Numbered from the stretch's first letter, positions 27,057-37,876 are shown. The stretch: 64,000 bases of DNA from Desulfobacterales bacterium (GCA_963674755.2 CAXXVS010000002.1:416001-480000), one strand, 5' to 3'. Notes: generated from the letters alone by a model not told the origin. Numbers and translations: made by a program.

Positions 27057-28528
27057 GGGGTCGCCTCCGTGCACGGCAGTTCGATGGTAAAGGCGGCGCC
27101 GCCCCACCTCCCGGGACCCACCGAAAGGGTTCCCCCGTGGTCTTCGACGATACGCTGGCTAATGCTCAGCCCGATGCCGCTGCTGCCGTGTTTGGTGGTG
27201 TAGAAGGGATCGAAAATCTTCTCCCGGAATTCCTCGGGGACGCCGGGGCCGGAATCTTCGACGCAAATCTGGAGACCGTTCGTGTTTTGTCGGGTTTGGA
27301 TGCCGATGCGCCCTTGGCCCGGATTGTTCTCGAGGGTTTCGGCGGCATTCGTAATCAGATTCAGCAGAACCTGCTCCATGAGCTGCGCGTCGAGCCGCGA
27401 CGGCGGCAGATCGGCTGCCAGATCGGTCTCGACCTGAACGCCTTTTTTGCGCAGGATCGCGGCCGCCAGGGCAATCGCTTCCGTTACCGGCTGATTGATA
27501 TCGGTCAGCACGAAGCAGGGTTCGGTGGGGCGCGCGAAATCATAGACCCGGCGGATGACGTTTTCGATCTTGTTCGAGGCGGATTTGAGCTGGGCGATGA
27601 TCTTGTCGACTTTTTCGTCTTCCCCGGGTTTGACGAGGAGCTTTTCGAGGGTATCGATATAGATATTGATTCCCGAGAGAGGGTTGCGAATCTCATGGGC
27701 GATGCCGGCCGCCACCCGCCCCAGGGAAGACATCTTGTCCTGGGTGCGCATCATGCGCTCCATTTCCTTGGCCGGCGTGATGTCCATCATATTCATCAGG
27801 ATGGCGTCTTTGTTGCGGTAGTCGATCAAGGTGGCGCGGCAGTACACCCATTTCAAGACCGAAGGGCGGTCCTGGCGCGGGTAGAAGCGACACACCATGT
27901 CGACCCGCGGCAATTGTCCGGACAGTAAGGATTCGAGCGAGGCTTTGAATTTGTGGCGGTCTTCGGGGTGAATGTGAACCAGTTCGAAAAAGGAGGCCTG
28001 GGCATCCGCTTCCCCGATCAGCCGCCGCAGTTCGGGATTGCGATAGACCTCGCGCCCATCCTGGATGATGCTGATGCCCACCAGGGCATTTTCCACCATA
28101 TCGTTGAGGCGCTTTTCGCTCTTGGCCAGGGCGGCCGTGGCCAGTTTGCGTTCGGCAATTTTGCCGATCCGTTCCGCGATGGCTTTCAGAAGGTTGCGCT
28201 TCTGGCTGGCAAAGGGCCCCTCCGCCAACGGCGGGCGCGCTTCCAGGTAACAGACTGTCAGATGTCCCTCGACACGGTCCTGAATTTTAATGGGTACCGA
28301 TAGCCGCCATGCGGTGGATTTAAAATTGTCGGTTTGATAGGTCTTGCCCTGCAAGGTCAAGCGGGCGCAGGAAATTGCGGGATATTTCATGGCTGGCAGC
28401 AGGATGTGCACGGCCCTTTCCAGAATGCCTTCCAGATCGATGCCCGGTGTCTCCACCAAGCGAGACAAGTCCAGCAGGCATCGCAGCTCCTTCTCGTGCA
28501 GGCTCAGTTCCAGATTCTTCATACCCAC
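27053..28528 (-). CDS. Cytoplasmic PAS sensor histidine kinase
   Basis: No TM segment; PAS region (IHPEDR); IAHEIRNPL, NLITNA, DSGPG, GIGL; overlaps the regulator start by 4 nt. Confidence 0.92.
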   Translation of the reverse strand: MGMKNLELSLHEKELRCLLDLSRLVETPGIDLEGILERAVHILLPAMKYPAISCARLTLQGKTYQTDNFKSTAWRLSVPIKIQDRVEGHLTVCYLEARPPLAEGPFASQKRNLLKAIAERIGKIAERKLATAALAKSEKRLNDMVENALVGISIIQDGREVYRNPELRRLIGEADAQASFFELVHIHPEDRHKFKASLESLLSGQLPRVDMVCRFYPRQDRPSVLKWVYCRATLIDYRNKDAILMNMMDITPAKEMERMMRTQDKMSSLGRVAAGIAHEIRNPLSGINIYIDTLEKLLVKPGEDEKVDKIIAQLKSASNKIENVIRRVYDFARPTEPCFVLTDINQPVTEAIALAAAILRKKGVQVETDLAADLPPSRLDAQLMEQVLLNLITNAAETLENNPGQGRIGIQTRQNTNGLQICVEDSGPGVPEEFREKIFDPFYTTKHGSSGIGLSISQRIVEDHGGTLSVGPGRWGGAAFTIELPCTEATP

Positions 28529-28676
28529 TTGCTATATCAATGAGGATATCAACTTGCAAAGGAAAATACTTTCCAATGGGCGGGAGCGTCGATGCTCTCG
28601 AAGGTCTTTGAAATCAGGCCTTCTCATGCCTATGCGGCTTCGATAAGCAGGAAGCAATGACCTGTCGGGTAGTGCT

Positions 28677-29795
28677 TCAGGCGGGGGGCAGCTTGCGCCC
28701 GGAGTTTCGGGACGGCCGGGCGATCCCGCGATGGAGGACCATTTCTTCTCCGGCCTTGAATCCCTGCCGGAAGATATCCTGGTCCTGGCCTCCGCCCCGC
28801 TGAATGCGGCTGGTGCGGGGATGGCGCCGGTGGAAATAGGTGGTCAACCGGGGATCCGGCTGGCGGACCAGGGCGTTTTGATCGGGGCGGCAATCCGGGA
28901 GCCGCTCTTTTTCCAGCTTGTGACGAAACCCCTCGATGATCCCCACGGCGAAATCGCTTTTCTGGTGCCGTGTCAATCGCTTTTCCGATGTCATACCCCG
29001 CCAGCGGCGTTCGACATACGCTTCGACAAAATCAAACACATAGCTTGCCTGGGAGACGTTGATGGGAGTCCCGGAAATCTCGAGGGCGCGTCCCATTTTC
29101 CCTTTAGCAACCACAAAGGCCGGCACCCAGATGCCCTGCACAAAATAGAAATCCTGAATGAAATTGGCCAGGAAATAGGTTTCCTTGAAATGGCGCAAGG
29201 CCGGCCGTCCCAGGAAAACGCTGGTAAATGATCGGGCCGGATCGGTTTCCAGGGTGGTGATGTGGTGGCGGGCCATCAGGGCATGGGCTTTGCGCATGGC
29301 GGCTTCCGCTTCGTGCGCATTCCGACTTTGGGCCAGCGAGAGCAGTTTGCGAATCCGCTGCCGCAGGGGATTTCCCGTTCGGGAGCAACGGGCGGCAATG
29401 CGGTCGTGCAGCGGTTGGCGCGCCGCCGTGGCGGAAGGGTCGGCCCGCAGCATGAGGCAGGCTTCCTGGAAGGCGGGACCGTGGGCGGTTTGTCCCTCGC
29501 CGCCCAATGCGGTCTGGGCCAGCTGGTGGGCCATTTCGTGCCGGAGAACGTCGCGGACCTCGTCCCAGGGGTGGGATACCGCCAAGCGGCGGTTCAGGCA
29601 AATTTCCCTTTTAAGCGGATCCCAGACCCCCAACCGGTCGGCCATATCCGCCAGACGGAAAAGCGGGCGGCGCAGACGCCGGCGGTAATCCGGGGTCAGG
29701 TCGCCGGCGGCCAGGTCCCATTCATGGGAAAGGCCCATCAGGATAAGGCGTTCGTCGGCCGTCGGGCCGTTGGTCGGGTTCGGCATGGGGATCAC
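28677..29795 (-). CDS. SprT-like zinc metalloprotease domain + DUF2786-like domain protein
   Basis: LRHEMAHQ...AHGPAF zinc motif; RIRKLLSLAQS.NAHEAEAAMRKAHALM (DUF2786-like). Confidence 0.8.
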   Translation of the reverse strand: MIPMPNPTNGPTADERLILMGLSHEWDLAAGDLTPDYRRRLRRPLFRLADMADRLGVWDPLKREICLNRRLAVSHPWDEVRDVLRHEMAHQLAQTALGGEGQTAHGPAFQEACLMLRADPSATAARQPLHDRIAARCSRTGNPLRQRIRKLLSLAQSRNAHEAEAAMRKAHALMARHHITTLETDPARSFTSVFLGRPALRHFKETYFLANFIQDFYFVQGIWVPAFVVAKGKMGRALEISGTPINVSQASYVFDFVEAYVERRWRGMTSEKRLTRHQKSDFAVGIIEGFRHKLEKERLPDCRPDQNALVRQPDPRLTTYFHRRHPRTSRIQRGGGQDQDIFRQGFKAGEEMVLHRGIARPSRNSGRKLPPA

Positions 29796-30472
29796 TTGGC
29801 CTGATAGCGCTTGATCGCGTCGAGAACGTAGGGATAGAGGTTGGTGACGATCATGCGGTAGCCTTGCGGGGTGGGGTGAATCCCGTCCGCCTGGTTGAGG
29901 CCCGGCCGTCCGGCCACCCCTTCCAGGAAAAAAGGCATCAGGATCAGATCGTTTTGGCGGGCGACTTCCGGGTAGATGGCGCTGAAGGCCCGGGTGAAAT
30001 CCGGACCGAGGTTGCGCACCATCTGCATGCCGGCCAGCACGACGATGATCCCGCGCGCCTGCAATTCGGATACAATGGCGTCGATGTTGCGCAGGGTCAG
30101 GGCGGGATCCACCCCGCGCAGGCCGTCATTGGCGCCGGTTTCCAGAATGACGATGTCCGGATTCAGGGTCAACATCCAGTCCAGGCGCGACAGGGCGCCG
30201 CTGCTGGTTTCGCCGCTGATGCCGGCATTGATGACGGTGTAGGCGAGCCCTGCCTCGTGCAGCCGTTTTTCCAGGAGCGCCGGGTAAGCCTGGTTTTCAT
30301 CGACGCCGTAGCCGGCCGTGAGACTGTCCCCCATGCAGACAATCACGCCCCGGGCGGTTTCCACCGCGTCGGCGGCCGGCCGGGCGGCGTCTTCCTGTGA
30401 CGGACGGTCGCAGCCGCCCGGAAAGCAGGCCAGCAGGACGAGGATACCGATGACAACGGTCTTGTTCTTCAT
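29792..30472 (-). CDS. Arylesterase / TesA-like SGNH hydrolase (possible lipoprotein)
   Basis: GDSLTAGYG, NAGISGET, GANDGLRG, DGIHP. Confidence 0.92.
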   Translation of the reverse strand: MKNKTVVIGILVLLACFPGGCDRPSQEDAARPAADAVETARGVIVCMGDSLTAGYGVDENQAYPALLEKRLHEAGLAYTVINAGISGETSSGALSRLDWMLTLNPDIVILETGANDGLRGVDPALTLRNIDAIVSELQARGIIVVLAGMQMVRNLGPDFTRAFSAIYPEVARQNDLILMPFFLEGVAGRPGLNQADGIHPTPQGYRMIVTNLYPYVLDAIKRYQAK

Positions 30473-30554
30473 GATGGTTGTTAATCCTTCGTTTCACTTC
30501 GGCGCAACGACCTGAATCCCTCGTCGGGACCCGGTCCCAAAGGGTGCCTTCGCC

Positions 30555-33059
30555 TTACTCGGCGGCATGGGTCCGCAAAAACTGGGCGGGTTTGCGGGCC
30601 ATGATAGCGCGCGAGGCGGTCAAACCCACCGCGACCACCACGGCCATGCCGGCGGCCATGCCCAAAAGGGACGCCTCCAGGTAGGGGTGGTAGGGCATGT
30701 CAAAATAGCGGGTGCAGACCACCCAGCTGATGAGGTGGGCCAGCAGCAGCCCGCCCAGGGCGCTGGCGCCCCCCAGCAGGAGGTTTTCCAACGAGAACAC
30801 ATAAACCACAAAGCGGCGCCGGGCGCCAAGGATTTTATAATAGACGGCCTCGCGGATGCGGGCCGCGCGGGTGGCGATGACCGAGCTGATCAGCAGCAGG
30901 ATGCCGGCGGCCATGCTGAAAAGGGTGAAAAAGCGAATGGCCTGAGTGAACCGCTTCAAGGCCGCCGCGACCTGCCGGATGGACTGGCTCACATCCAGAA
31001 CGGTGACATTGGGCAGGGCCTGGACGACACGGTTCTGGAGGGCGGCCGCCTCGTGCGGGTCGACGCGCAACGCCGTGAAAATGGTCTGGGGGGCTTTTTG
31101 GAGCACGGCATCCGGGAACACGAAATAGAAAAAGGGCTGCATGCTTTCCCGTATGCGGGTGCGGATGCTGGAAACGACCGCCTCCAGGGGAACCCCCTGA
31201 ATTTTGAAGCGCAGGCGGTCGCCGATGTGGATGTTGCCGATTTCGGCCACCCGATCCAGCACGGAGACCTGGAACTGGCCGCCGTCGGATTTAAAGAGGG
31301 ACTTGCCCCGGATGATTTTCTCGTCATCGAGAAGATGATGGCGGTAGGTCAGGTTGAAGGGGCGGGCCAGATTGTCGCTTTTGCGCTGGCGCTCCCGGGC
31401 CGGATCGATGGCCCGGCCGTTGATGGCCATCAGTTTGGCGCGCACCACCGGATAGAATTCCAGGGGCCGGTCCACGAGTCTGGTAAAAGCGGCCACCTGA
31501 TCCGGCTGGATATCGAGGAAGAAAAGATTGGGGGCATCGGCGGGATAGGCCTCCACAAAGGTGGCATCCAGGTTTCTTTCGATCAGGAAAATGGCGAAGA
31601 TGATGGTGAGGGAGGCTGTCAGGGTTACCAGGATGGGCTGGGTGGCGTTGCGGGGGCGGAAAAGGCCGCGGATGGCCTGCCGGACGGCCAGCCGGCGGGC
31701 CGGAAACCGTTGCAGGGCTTTTAGAAAGACCCATACGCCCACGAAGACAATGCCCACCAGGGCCAGGATACCGCCGATGAAATAGCTGCCCGTACGCCAA
31801 TCCGCGAGGTGCCAGAGGACCAGGCCGATAAAGAACAACAGGGTCAGGGCCACCACCAGCCATTCGCCGGGATAAAGGCGGTGGGAGCGCTTTTCGTGCC
31901 GCAAGAGGGCCGAGGGTTTGAAATGCCGCAGGCCCAGCAGGGGGCGGGCGGCAAAAAGGCCCACGGCCAGCAAACCGATGACGAAGCTTTGGCCCACGGC
32001 TTCCCAGGCGATATGGAAGGTGGCGTCCGCGGGAACGAGACCGGCCAGCAGGCGGGACAGGCCGGCCTGCAGGGCCAGTCCGGCCGCAATACCGCCGATG
32101 GTGCCGAAAAGACCCAGCAATAGGACGACGCCCAGATAGAGGCGGGTGATAAAGCGGCTGGAAGCCCCCAGGGCTTTCATGACGGCCATGGAATGGACCC
32201 GGGTGCGCAGAAGTGCCGTCAGGACGCTTTGGATACCGATGCCCGCCAGGAGGAGCGTGAAGATGCCCACGAGCTTGAGAAAAAAGAGCAGGTTGTCGAA
32301 AAAGCGCTTGAGGCGCGAGTCCGCGCTGCGGAAGGTGTCCACCTGTTCCTGGGTGGGATCCGCTGCCCCGCGCAGCGCTTTCTGGACAGCGTCCGGCGCC
32401 AGGTCGGGGGGCAGGCGCAGCAAGGCCTTATAGCGGATGCGGCTGCCCTGGGTGATCAATCCCAGCCGCTGCCGGTCCCGGGCATTGACGAAGATCCGGG
32501 GGCCCAGGGTGAACACGGTGAGCGGCCGATCCGGCTCGGACAGCACCACATCCCGGATGACCAGGGCCGTATCCCCCAGATAGAGGCGATCGCCGACGGA
32601 CAGGCCCAGCCGGTCGAGCAAGGCCTGCGCGACAACGATGGTCCCGGGGACCAGCACATCGTGGAGGGCTTTGCCGGAGGCCAGGGTTACCCGGCCGTAA
32701 AAGGGATAGCCGGGTTCGACCACCTTTACGGAGGAGAGCAGCGAGGCGGAGCGGTCCGCCTTCCGGGCCACGGTGTAAAACTCCCAGACGCGGGCCGTCT
32801 CCACTCCCGGGCGGGAAGCGACCGCCGCCAGTTCGGTTTCCAGGGCGGGCAGAAACGGAAAACTGGAGCGCACAATGATATCGGCGGCATGCAGCTGGCG
32901 GGCATCCCGCAGCATGGCCTGGTGGACATTGGACTGAAATCCGCCGAGGGCGGTCAGGCCCACCACCGCGAGAATGATGCAGAGCAGGAGAACCGCTGTT
33001 TGCTGGCGGTTCTGACGCAGCTCGCGCAGGATCAGCCGGGGCAGCAGGGGGATCGACAT
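30555..33059 (-). CDS. FtsX-type ABC transporter permease (YbbP-like)
   Basis: Two permease repeats; MKALGA and YKILGA; APNLFFLDIQPDQ. Confidence 0.88.
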   Translation of the reverse strand: MSIPLLPRLILRELRQNRQQTAVLLLCIILAVVGLTALGGFQSNVHQAMLRDARQLHAADIIVRSSFPFLPALETELAAVASRPGVETARVWEFYTVARKADRSASLLSSVKVVEPGYPFYGRVTLASGKALHDVLVPGTIVVAQALLDRLGLSVGDRLYLGDTALVIRDVVLSEPDRPLTVFTLGPRIFVNARDRQRLGLITQGSRIRYKALLRLPPDLAPDAVQKALRGAADPTQEQVDTFRSADSRLKRFFDNLLFFLKLVGIFTLLLAGIGIQSVLTALLRTRVHSMAVMKALGASSRFITRLYLGVVLLLGLFGTIGGIAAGLALQAGLSRLLAGLVPADATFHIAWEAVGQSFVIGLLAVGLFAARPLLGLRHFKPSALLRHEKRSHRLYPGEWLVVALTLLFFIGLVLWHLADWRTGSYFIGGILALVGIVFVGVWVFLKALQRFPARRLAVRQAIRGLFRPRNATQPILVTLTASLTIIFAIFLIERNLDATFVEAYPADAPNLFFLDIQPDQVAAFTRLVDRPLEFYPVVRAKLMAINGRAIDPARERQRKSDNLARPFNLTYRHHLLDDEKIIRGKSLFKSDGGQFQVSVLDRVAEIGNIHIGDRLRFKIQGVPLEAVVSSIRTRIRESMQPFFYFVFPDAVLQKAPQTIFTALRVDPHEAAALQNRVVQALPNVTVLDVSQSIRQVAAALKRFTQAIRFFTLFSMAAGILLLISSVIATRAARIREAVYYKILGARRRFVVYVFSLENLLLGGASALGGLLLAHLISWVVCTRYFDMPYHPYLEASLLGMAAGMAVVVAVGLTASRAIMARKPAQFLRTHAAE

Positions 33060-33730
33060 CAGGGGCTCGCAGGGGCTTGCAGCCGGCCGTCGGCCAGCCG
33101 GAAGCGGCGATCGGCCTGCCGGGCCAGGTCGGGGTTGTGGGTGACCAACAACAAGGTGGTCTGGAACTCCCGCTGGAATTCAAGCATCAGCTCCAGGATG
33201 GCCTGACCGCTGCGGGAATCCAGATTGCCGGTGGGCTCGTCCGCAAAGATGATCGCCGGCCGATTGATGAGGGCCCGGCAGATGGCCACCCGTTGCTGCT
33301 CGCCGCCGGAGAGCTGATGGGGCATGTTGTTCCGGCGGGGGCGCAAGCCCACCCGGGCCAGCAGTTCGGCGGCATCGGCGGCGGCGCTGGCGGAACCGGC
33401 GAGCTCGGCCGGGAACATGACATTTTCCTGGGCGGAGAGGGAGGGCACCAGGTGAAAGGATTGGAATACGAACCCGAAGGTGCGGTTGCGCAGGGGCGCC
33501 AGTGCATCTTCACTCAGATCGGTGATGTCCCGATCCTGGATGCGCACGCGGCCGCTGTCCGGCCGATCCAGCCCGGAAAGGATGCTCAAGAGGGTGGACT
33601 TGCCGCTGCCGCTGGTGCCCTGAATGATGGCGAATTCACCCGCAGCGATGTGCAGGGAAACATCTTGGAGGACCTGAATGCGTCGGTGGTCGATGGTATA
33701 GGATTTGTTCAGCTGCTCGGCCTCAATCAT
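33059..33730 (-). CDS. ABC transporter ATP-binding protein (YbbA-like)
   Basis: [35 protein letters not shown]. Confidence 0.94.
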   Translation of the reverse strand: MIEAEQLNKSYTIDHRRIQVLQDVSLHIAAGEFAIIQGTSGSGKSTLLSILSGLDRPDSGRVRIQDRDITDLSEDALAPLRNRTFGFVFQSFHLVPSLSAQENVMFPAELAGSASAAADAAELLARVGLRPRRNNMPHQLSGGEQQRVAICRALINRPAIIFADEPTGNLDSRSGQAILELMLEFQREFQTTLLLVTHNPDLARQADRRFRLADGRLQAPASP

Positions 33731-33963
33731 CCCGGGTACGGTCCGCTCCGTTTTAGTTGGTATTTTTATTTTATGGTCAGTCTAAGTCCTCGACCTCTGA
33801 TGAAGGTCCCGGAACGATTCGACCAATTCGAAAAAAGTAAGCGCCTTCGGGGCAAAGTCAAAAGGGCCGGGCAGCCAACGATCACCCGGCCGGCTTGGGC
33901 CGGCCGGACATTCTGGAACGCGCTGCTGCGTGGGGCAGGATGCTCCCCCCCGGGCGGTCGGGA

Positions 33964-35301
33964 TCAGGACCGTTCGATCTTTTTGAAGGCCGAGGCGGGG
34001 AAGAAGCAGTAGGGGCATTCCTCCGGTGGTTCGTCGCCCAAATGCACATAGCCGCACATGCGGCAGCGCCAGACGCCCGAAGCGTCTTCGAGGTCCACAT
34101 CTTCAAAGTCCTTTTTGTTATGGACCGGCAGGTCTTCGAGGGCGGGCATGACAGGCTTATAGGCGCCCAGGGCATAGCCGGCCAGGATAAGGTGCTGCAC
34201 TTCGCTGGTACCCTCGTAGATGCGAAACAAGCGCGTGTCCCGCAGCAGCTTTTCCAGGGGGAAAAAGCGTGTATAGCCATAGCCGCCCATGATCTGCAGG
34301 GCCTGATCCACCACCTCGAAGGCCGCCTCGGTGGCGTAGAGCTTGGATACCGAGGCGCTCACATTGGGGTCCATGCCGTTGTCCGCCTCCCAGGCTGCCT
34401 TCCAGATCAGCAGGCGCGATGTTTCGACCTTCTGGTACATCTCCGCGATCTTGAACTGGATGGCCTGGAAGTTGAGAATCTTGTCGCCGAAGGCGCGGCG
34501 CTTTTTGGCATAATCGATGGCAAACTCCATGGCGGAGCGGGCCGCCCCCACCGCAAAGGCGCCGATGGAGGGACGGGTGCGGGCAAAGGTGCGCATGGCC
34601 AGCGTAAAGCCCTCCCCCGGCGGGGCGATGACGTTTTCTTTGGGCACCCGCACGTTTTTCAGGTTGATGGCCGTTGTATTGGAGCTGCGCTGGCCGAATT
34701 TGGGCATATGCCGTCCGGGGGTAACGCCCTCCCAGCCGGTTTCCACCACAAATGCGCAGATCCCGGCATGGGCCGCCTTGGGATCCACCGTGGCGAAAAC
34801 GGTGACGTAGTCGGCGATGCCGCCGTTGGTGATCCAGAATTTGGTGCCGTTGAGGATATAATCGTCCCCGTCCCGCCGGGCCTGGCAGCGCAGGCTGGAG
34901 ACGTCGGATCCCATGGTGGGTTCGGAGGTGGCAAACGCGAAAAATTTGCGGTCTTTGGTAATGGTGGTCAGATATTTTTGCTTGGCAGCTTCGTTGTCAG
35001 AAAGAATCAGGGGCTCCATCCCCAGGGAATTGTCAAAGATGCTGGTGGCCAGCCCCGGGCAGACGGCCGCCAGCTCTTCGGTGGCCACGACACCCTCTAT
35101 GATGCCGTAGCCCTTGCCGCCATATTGCTTGGGGATGTCCCCGTTGATCAGGCCGGTGTCGTAGGCTTTGTGAAGGATGTGCATGGGGGTCTCTTCGCGC
35201 TGGTCATATTCCCAGGCCACCGGCAGCAATTCCTGCAGGGCAAATTCACGGGCTTTCTTTTGGATGGTTTTTAGTTCGGGGCTCAGGGAAAAGTTCAGCA
35301 T
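33964..35301 (-). CDS. Acyl-CoA dehydrogenase with C-terminal rubredoxin-like domain
   Basis: SEPTMGSD, LNGTKFWITNG, IYEGT catalytic Glu; terminal WRCRMCGY...CPYC; RBS GGAGG before MLNFSL. Confidence 0.93.
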   Translation of the reverse strand: MLNFSLSPELKTIQKKAREFALQELLPVAWEYDQREETPMHILHKAYDTGLINGDIPKQYGGKGYGIIEGVVATEELAAVCPGLATSIFDNSLGMEPLILSDNEAAKQKYLTTITKDRKFFAFATSEPTMGSDVSSLRCQARRDGDDYILNGTKFWITNGGIADYVTVFATVDPKAAHAGICAFVVETGWEGVTPGRHMPKFGQRSSNTTAINLKNVRVPKENVIAPPGEGFTLAMRTFARTRPSIGAFAVGAARSAMEFAIDYAKKRRAFGDKILNFQAIQFKIAEMYQKVETSRLLIWKAAWEADNGMDPNVSASVSKLYATEAAFEVVDQALQIMGGYGYTRFFPLEKLLRDTRLFRIYEGTSEVQHLILAGYALGAYKPVMPALEDLPVHNKKDFEDVDLEDASGVWRCRMCGYVHLGDEPPEECPYCFFPASAFKKIERS

Positions 35302-35828
35302 GGTTGACCTCCACGGATGGTTAGGGGGTGATAGTCCTGCCAAGCCCCGGATAAAACACCCTCCATGGGGTTTTCCGGGGCCGGCCTTCATGGCTGCGAA
35401 TCCATTTCACATCAACCCGCGGCATACGCTGGTAAGGCGAGAACGCACGCTGAGGTTGCAGCGCCGCGATTCATCCCCAGCGGAGGATTTGTCCCCCTCG
35501 GGCGGATCGGGCGAAAAACGTTTTGAAGATGGATTCAAGTGATTGTGCCCGCCTCCGGACAGTATCGTCGCAGGGTATCGGGGGGGAGGGACGGCGGGCG
35601 GGGCGAACGCAACGGGTTGCATGGACCCCTTTCTTTCACCGTTTTCATGCCACATCATGGGGGTGCAGGCAAGGGGCAAATGGCCGGCGAGGCAACCCCG
35701 GGGGGGCGGAGGCCGATGCCGCCGGGCATGACCGCGCTTTGCCGTTCGAGGAGCGGCGCATTGTGGTTGGCAGACAGGAATGATAAGTAGTGCCCATGCG
35801 TATGACGATCAAAGGCGAGGATCGATCC

Positions 35829-36305
35829 GTGGCAGAGCATGATGCGGGCGAAGGAATGGCGAGCGGCCGTTATCCCGAATATCCCCGGGTTGCGGTAGGA
35901 GCGGTCGTGTTCAAAGACGGCTGCGTTCTCCTGGTACGGCGGGGCAAAGCGCCGGCCTGCGGCCAATGGGCGATACCCGGCGGAAGCGTGCGGCTGGGGG
36001 AAACCCTTCAGGCGGCGGCCGAGCGTGAGATCCGGGAGGAGACCGGGATCCGTATTACCGTCGGCAAGCCGATTTATACCTTCGATGTGGTCGACCGGGA
36101 TGCGGAAAACCGCATCCGGTATCACTATGTGATCATCGATTTTGAGGCGACGTATCAGGACGGCGCCGTCCGTTCCGGCGACGACGCCCTGGAGGCCCGC
36201 TGGGTGGCGGCCCGCGAACTGAACGGGCTGACCGTAAGTCGGCCCACACGGCAGCTGCTGCGCCGCCACTATGGTTTCGGAAGCGAGGCGGAAAGTGGTG
36301 TCTGA
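35829..36305 (+). CDS. NUDIX hydrolase (start uncertain: 35790, 35829 or 35856)
   Basis: GGSVRLGETLQAAAEREIREETG Nudix box. Confidence 0.9.
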   Translation: MAEHDAGEGMASGRYPEYPRVAVGAVVFKDGCVLLVRRGKAPACGQWAIPGGSVRLGETLQAAAEREIREETGIRITVGKPIYTFDVVDRDAENRIRYHYVIIDFEATYQDGAVRSGDDALEARWVAARELNGLTVSRPTRQLLRRHYGFGSEAESGV

Positions 36306-36855
36306 TCGGGAAAAGTGGGACTGCAAATACCGTGAAAGGGAATTTTCGTCACACCCCTCCAGTATCGTTCGTGAATTTTGCATTCGGGCGCCGATCGGAC
36401 GGGCCCTCGATCTGGCCTGCGGCAACGGACGCAATGCCTGTTTCCTGGCCAAAAGCGGATTCGAAGTGGATGCCGTGGATATTTCCGAAGTGGGCCTGCG
36501 CCGATTCGTCTGCCGGTCAGCGGGCATCAACCGCATCTGCCAGGATGTGGACACTTTTGTCATTCGTCCCGGGCGCTACCAGTTGATCGTGAATACGCGC
36601 TTTCTGAAACGGCATCTCTTTGCCGCCCTGCAGGCGGGGCTGGCCCCGGGCGGGGTTCTCATTTTTGAAACCTATCTGATGGAGAACGACCCTGAGGCCG
36701 CCTGTCGCTTCAGTCCGGATCACCTCCTGCGCGAGGGCGAACTGCGTCAGGCGTTCCCTGCCTTGCAGACGCTTGTCTACCGTGAACCCCTCAGCCGGTC
36801 GCCGGACGCTCCGGCCCGCACGGCGTCCCTGATTGCCCTGCGGCCGCTTTCCTGA
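36298..36855 (+). CDS. Class I SAM-dependent methyltransferase (TehB-like)
   Basis: DREKWD, ALDLACGNGRN, VDIS, LAPGGVL. Confidence 0.87.
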   Translation: MSDREKWDCKYREREFSSHPSSIVREFCIRAPIGRALDLACGNGRNACFLAKSGFEVDAVDISEVGLRRFVCRSAGINRICQDVDTFVIRPGRYQLIVNTRFLKRHLFAALQAGLAPGGVLIFETYLMENDPEAACRFSPDHLLREGELRQAFPALQTLVYREPLSRSPDAPARTASLIALRPLS

Positions 36856-36871
36856 CCAACCTGTCCCGCGG

Positions 36872-37876
36872 CTATTTCCCGTCCGGCGGGTCATGGCTGC
36901 CGTAATGGTCAAGCATGCCCGCCGCTTCTTGCCGGATGGAGCGACGCAGCGCGGCCGGTGACAAGACTTCGGCCTGGGCCCCCCACTGCAGGACCCAGTG
37001 TTTGATTTCTTCGGTTCCCGCCACTTCCGCTTCGAAGAGCAGCGACCCATCTTCCAACACGGTCAGTTCCTGGGTGGCATGCCAGGTTTTTTCCCGGATG
37101 TAGCCGGCCACCTTGGAGGAAAAGCGGATCTTGACCCGAGTCCGGGTACCCAGAAAAACCCCGAAACTGGTGGCCATGAAGCTGTCCAGAACGCCTTCTT
37201 CCGGCCGCTGGAACGTGTCTTCCAGCATTTCGATCGAACGGATGCGGTCCACGGCAAACACCCGCACACCGCGGCGCCGATAGCAATAGGCGATCAGGTA
37301 GAAGGTGCCGTCGAAAAACCACAACCGGTAAGGGGCGACGTCACGACGGCTGCGGCGTTTGCGGCTCATGGTGAAATAGTCGATGCGCAGTCTCCGGCAA
37401 TCGACGATAGCGCGGTTGATCACCTCCAGGGTTTCACGGAAGGCACCGTAGTGTTTGTGCGGCTGGGAGCCCACTTTGACGGTCCGCTGAAAGGTTTCCA
37501 GGTAGCGGTCGGTATCCGGGGGCAGGGTGGCTTTGACTTTCTTGAAAAGGGATTCCAGGGACTCGTGAAACACCGTGTTTTCCAGGCCCCGCAGCCAGTC
37601 CCGGCTGAAATAGAGCGCCATCAGCTCGGTCATGCTGAAGGGAATGGGGATCGCTTGGCGCGCGCTTTCGATCAAGAACCACCGGGCACGACCATTTTCG
37701 TCCTGGTCGCTGTAAAGCGGGAAACCAGCGGTTTGCAGGGCCTCCAGGTCCCGATACAGGGTACGTCGGTGGCAGCCCAGGGTTTCCGCCAACTCGGCCA
37801 CGCCCCGGCCGGTGCGGGAGGTCAAGAGACTCTGGATAATCGTCCACTGGCGGGCCAGTTGGTCCCCTCTTGCCAT
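36872..37876 (-). CDS. HTH-WYL-WCX transcriptional regulator
   Basis: wHTH LAETLGCHRRTLYRDLEAL; WYL domain IDY...RDVAPY...FYLIAYC...RVFAVDRI; C-terminal WVLQWG...EVLSPAALR; RBS GGAGG before MARGDQ. Confidence 0.93.
   Translation of the reverse strand: MARGDQLARQWTIIQSLLTSRTGRGVAELAETLGCHRRTLYRDLEALQTAGFPLYSDQDENGRARWFLIESARQAIPIPFSMTELMALYFSRDWLRGLENTVFHESLESLFKKVKATLPPDTDRYLETFQRTVKVGSQPHKHYGAFRETLEVINRAIVDCRRLRIDYFTMSRKRRSRRDVAPYRLWFFDGTFYLIAYCYRRRGVRVFAVDRIRSIEMLEDTFQRPEEGVLDSFMATSFGVFLGTRTRVKIRFSSKVAGYIREKTWHATQELTVLEDGSLLFEAEVAGTEEIKHWVLQWGAQAEVLSPAALRRSIRQEAAGMLDHYGSHDPPDGK

Noticed and set aside
33797..33833. Hammerhead ribozyme core (CTGATGA...GAAA)
   Set aside because: Stem II does not close next to GAAA, and stems I and III could not be built.
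35302..35789. Small ORF or ncRNA in the 490-bp divergent spacer
   Set aside because: No ORF with a credible RBS or motif; only GC-rich hairpins.
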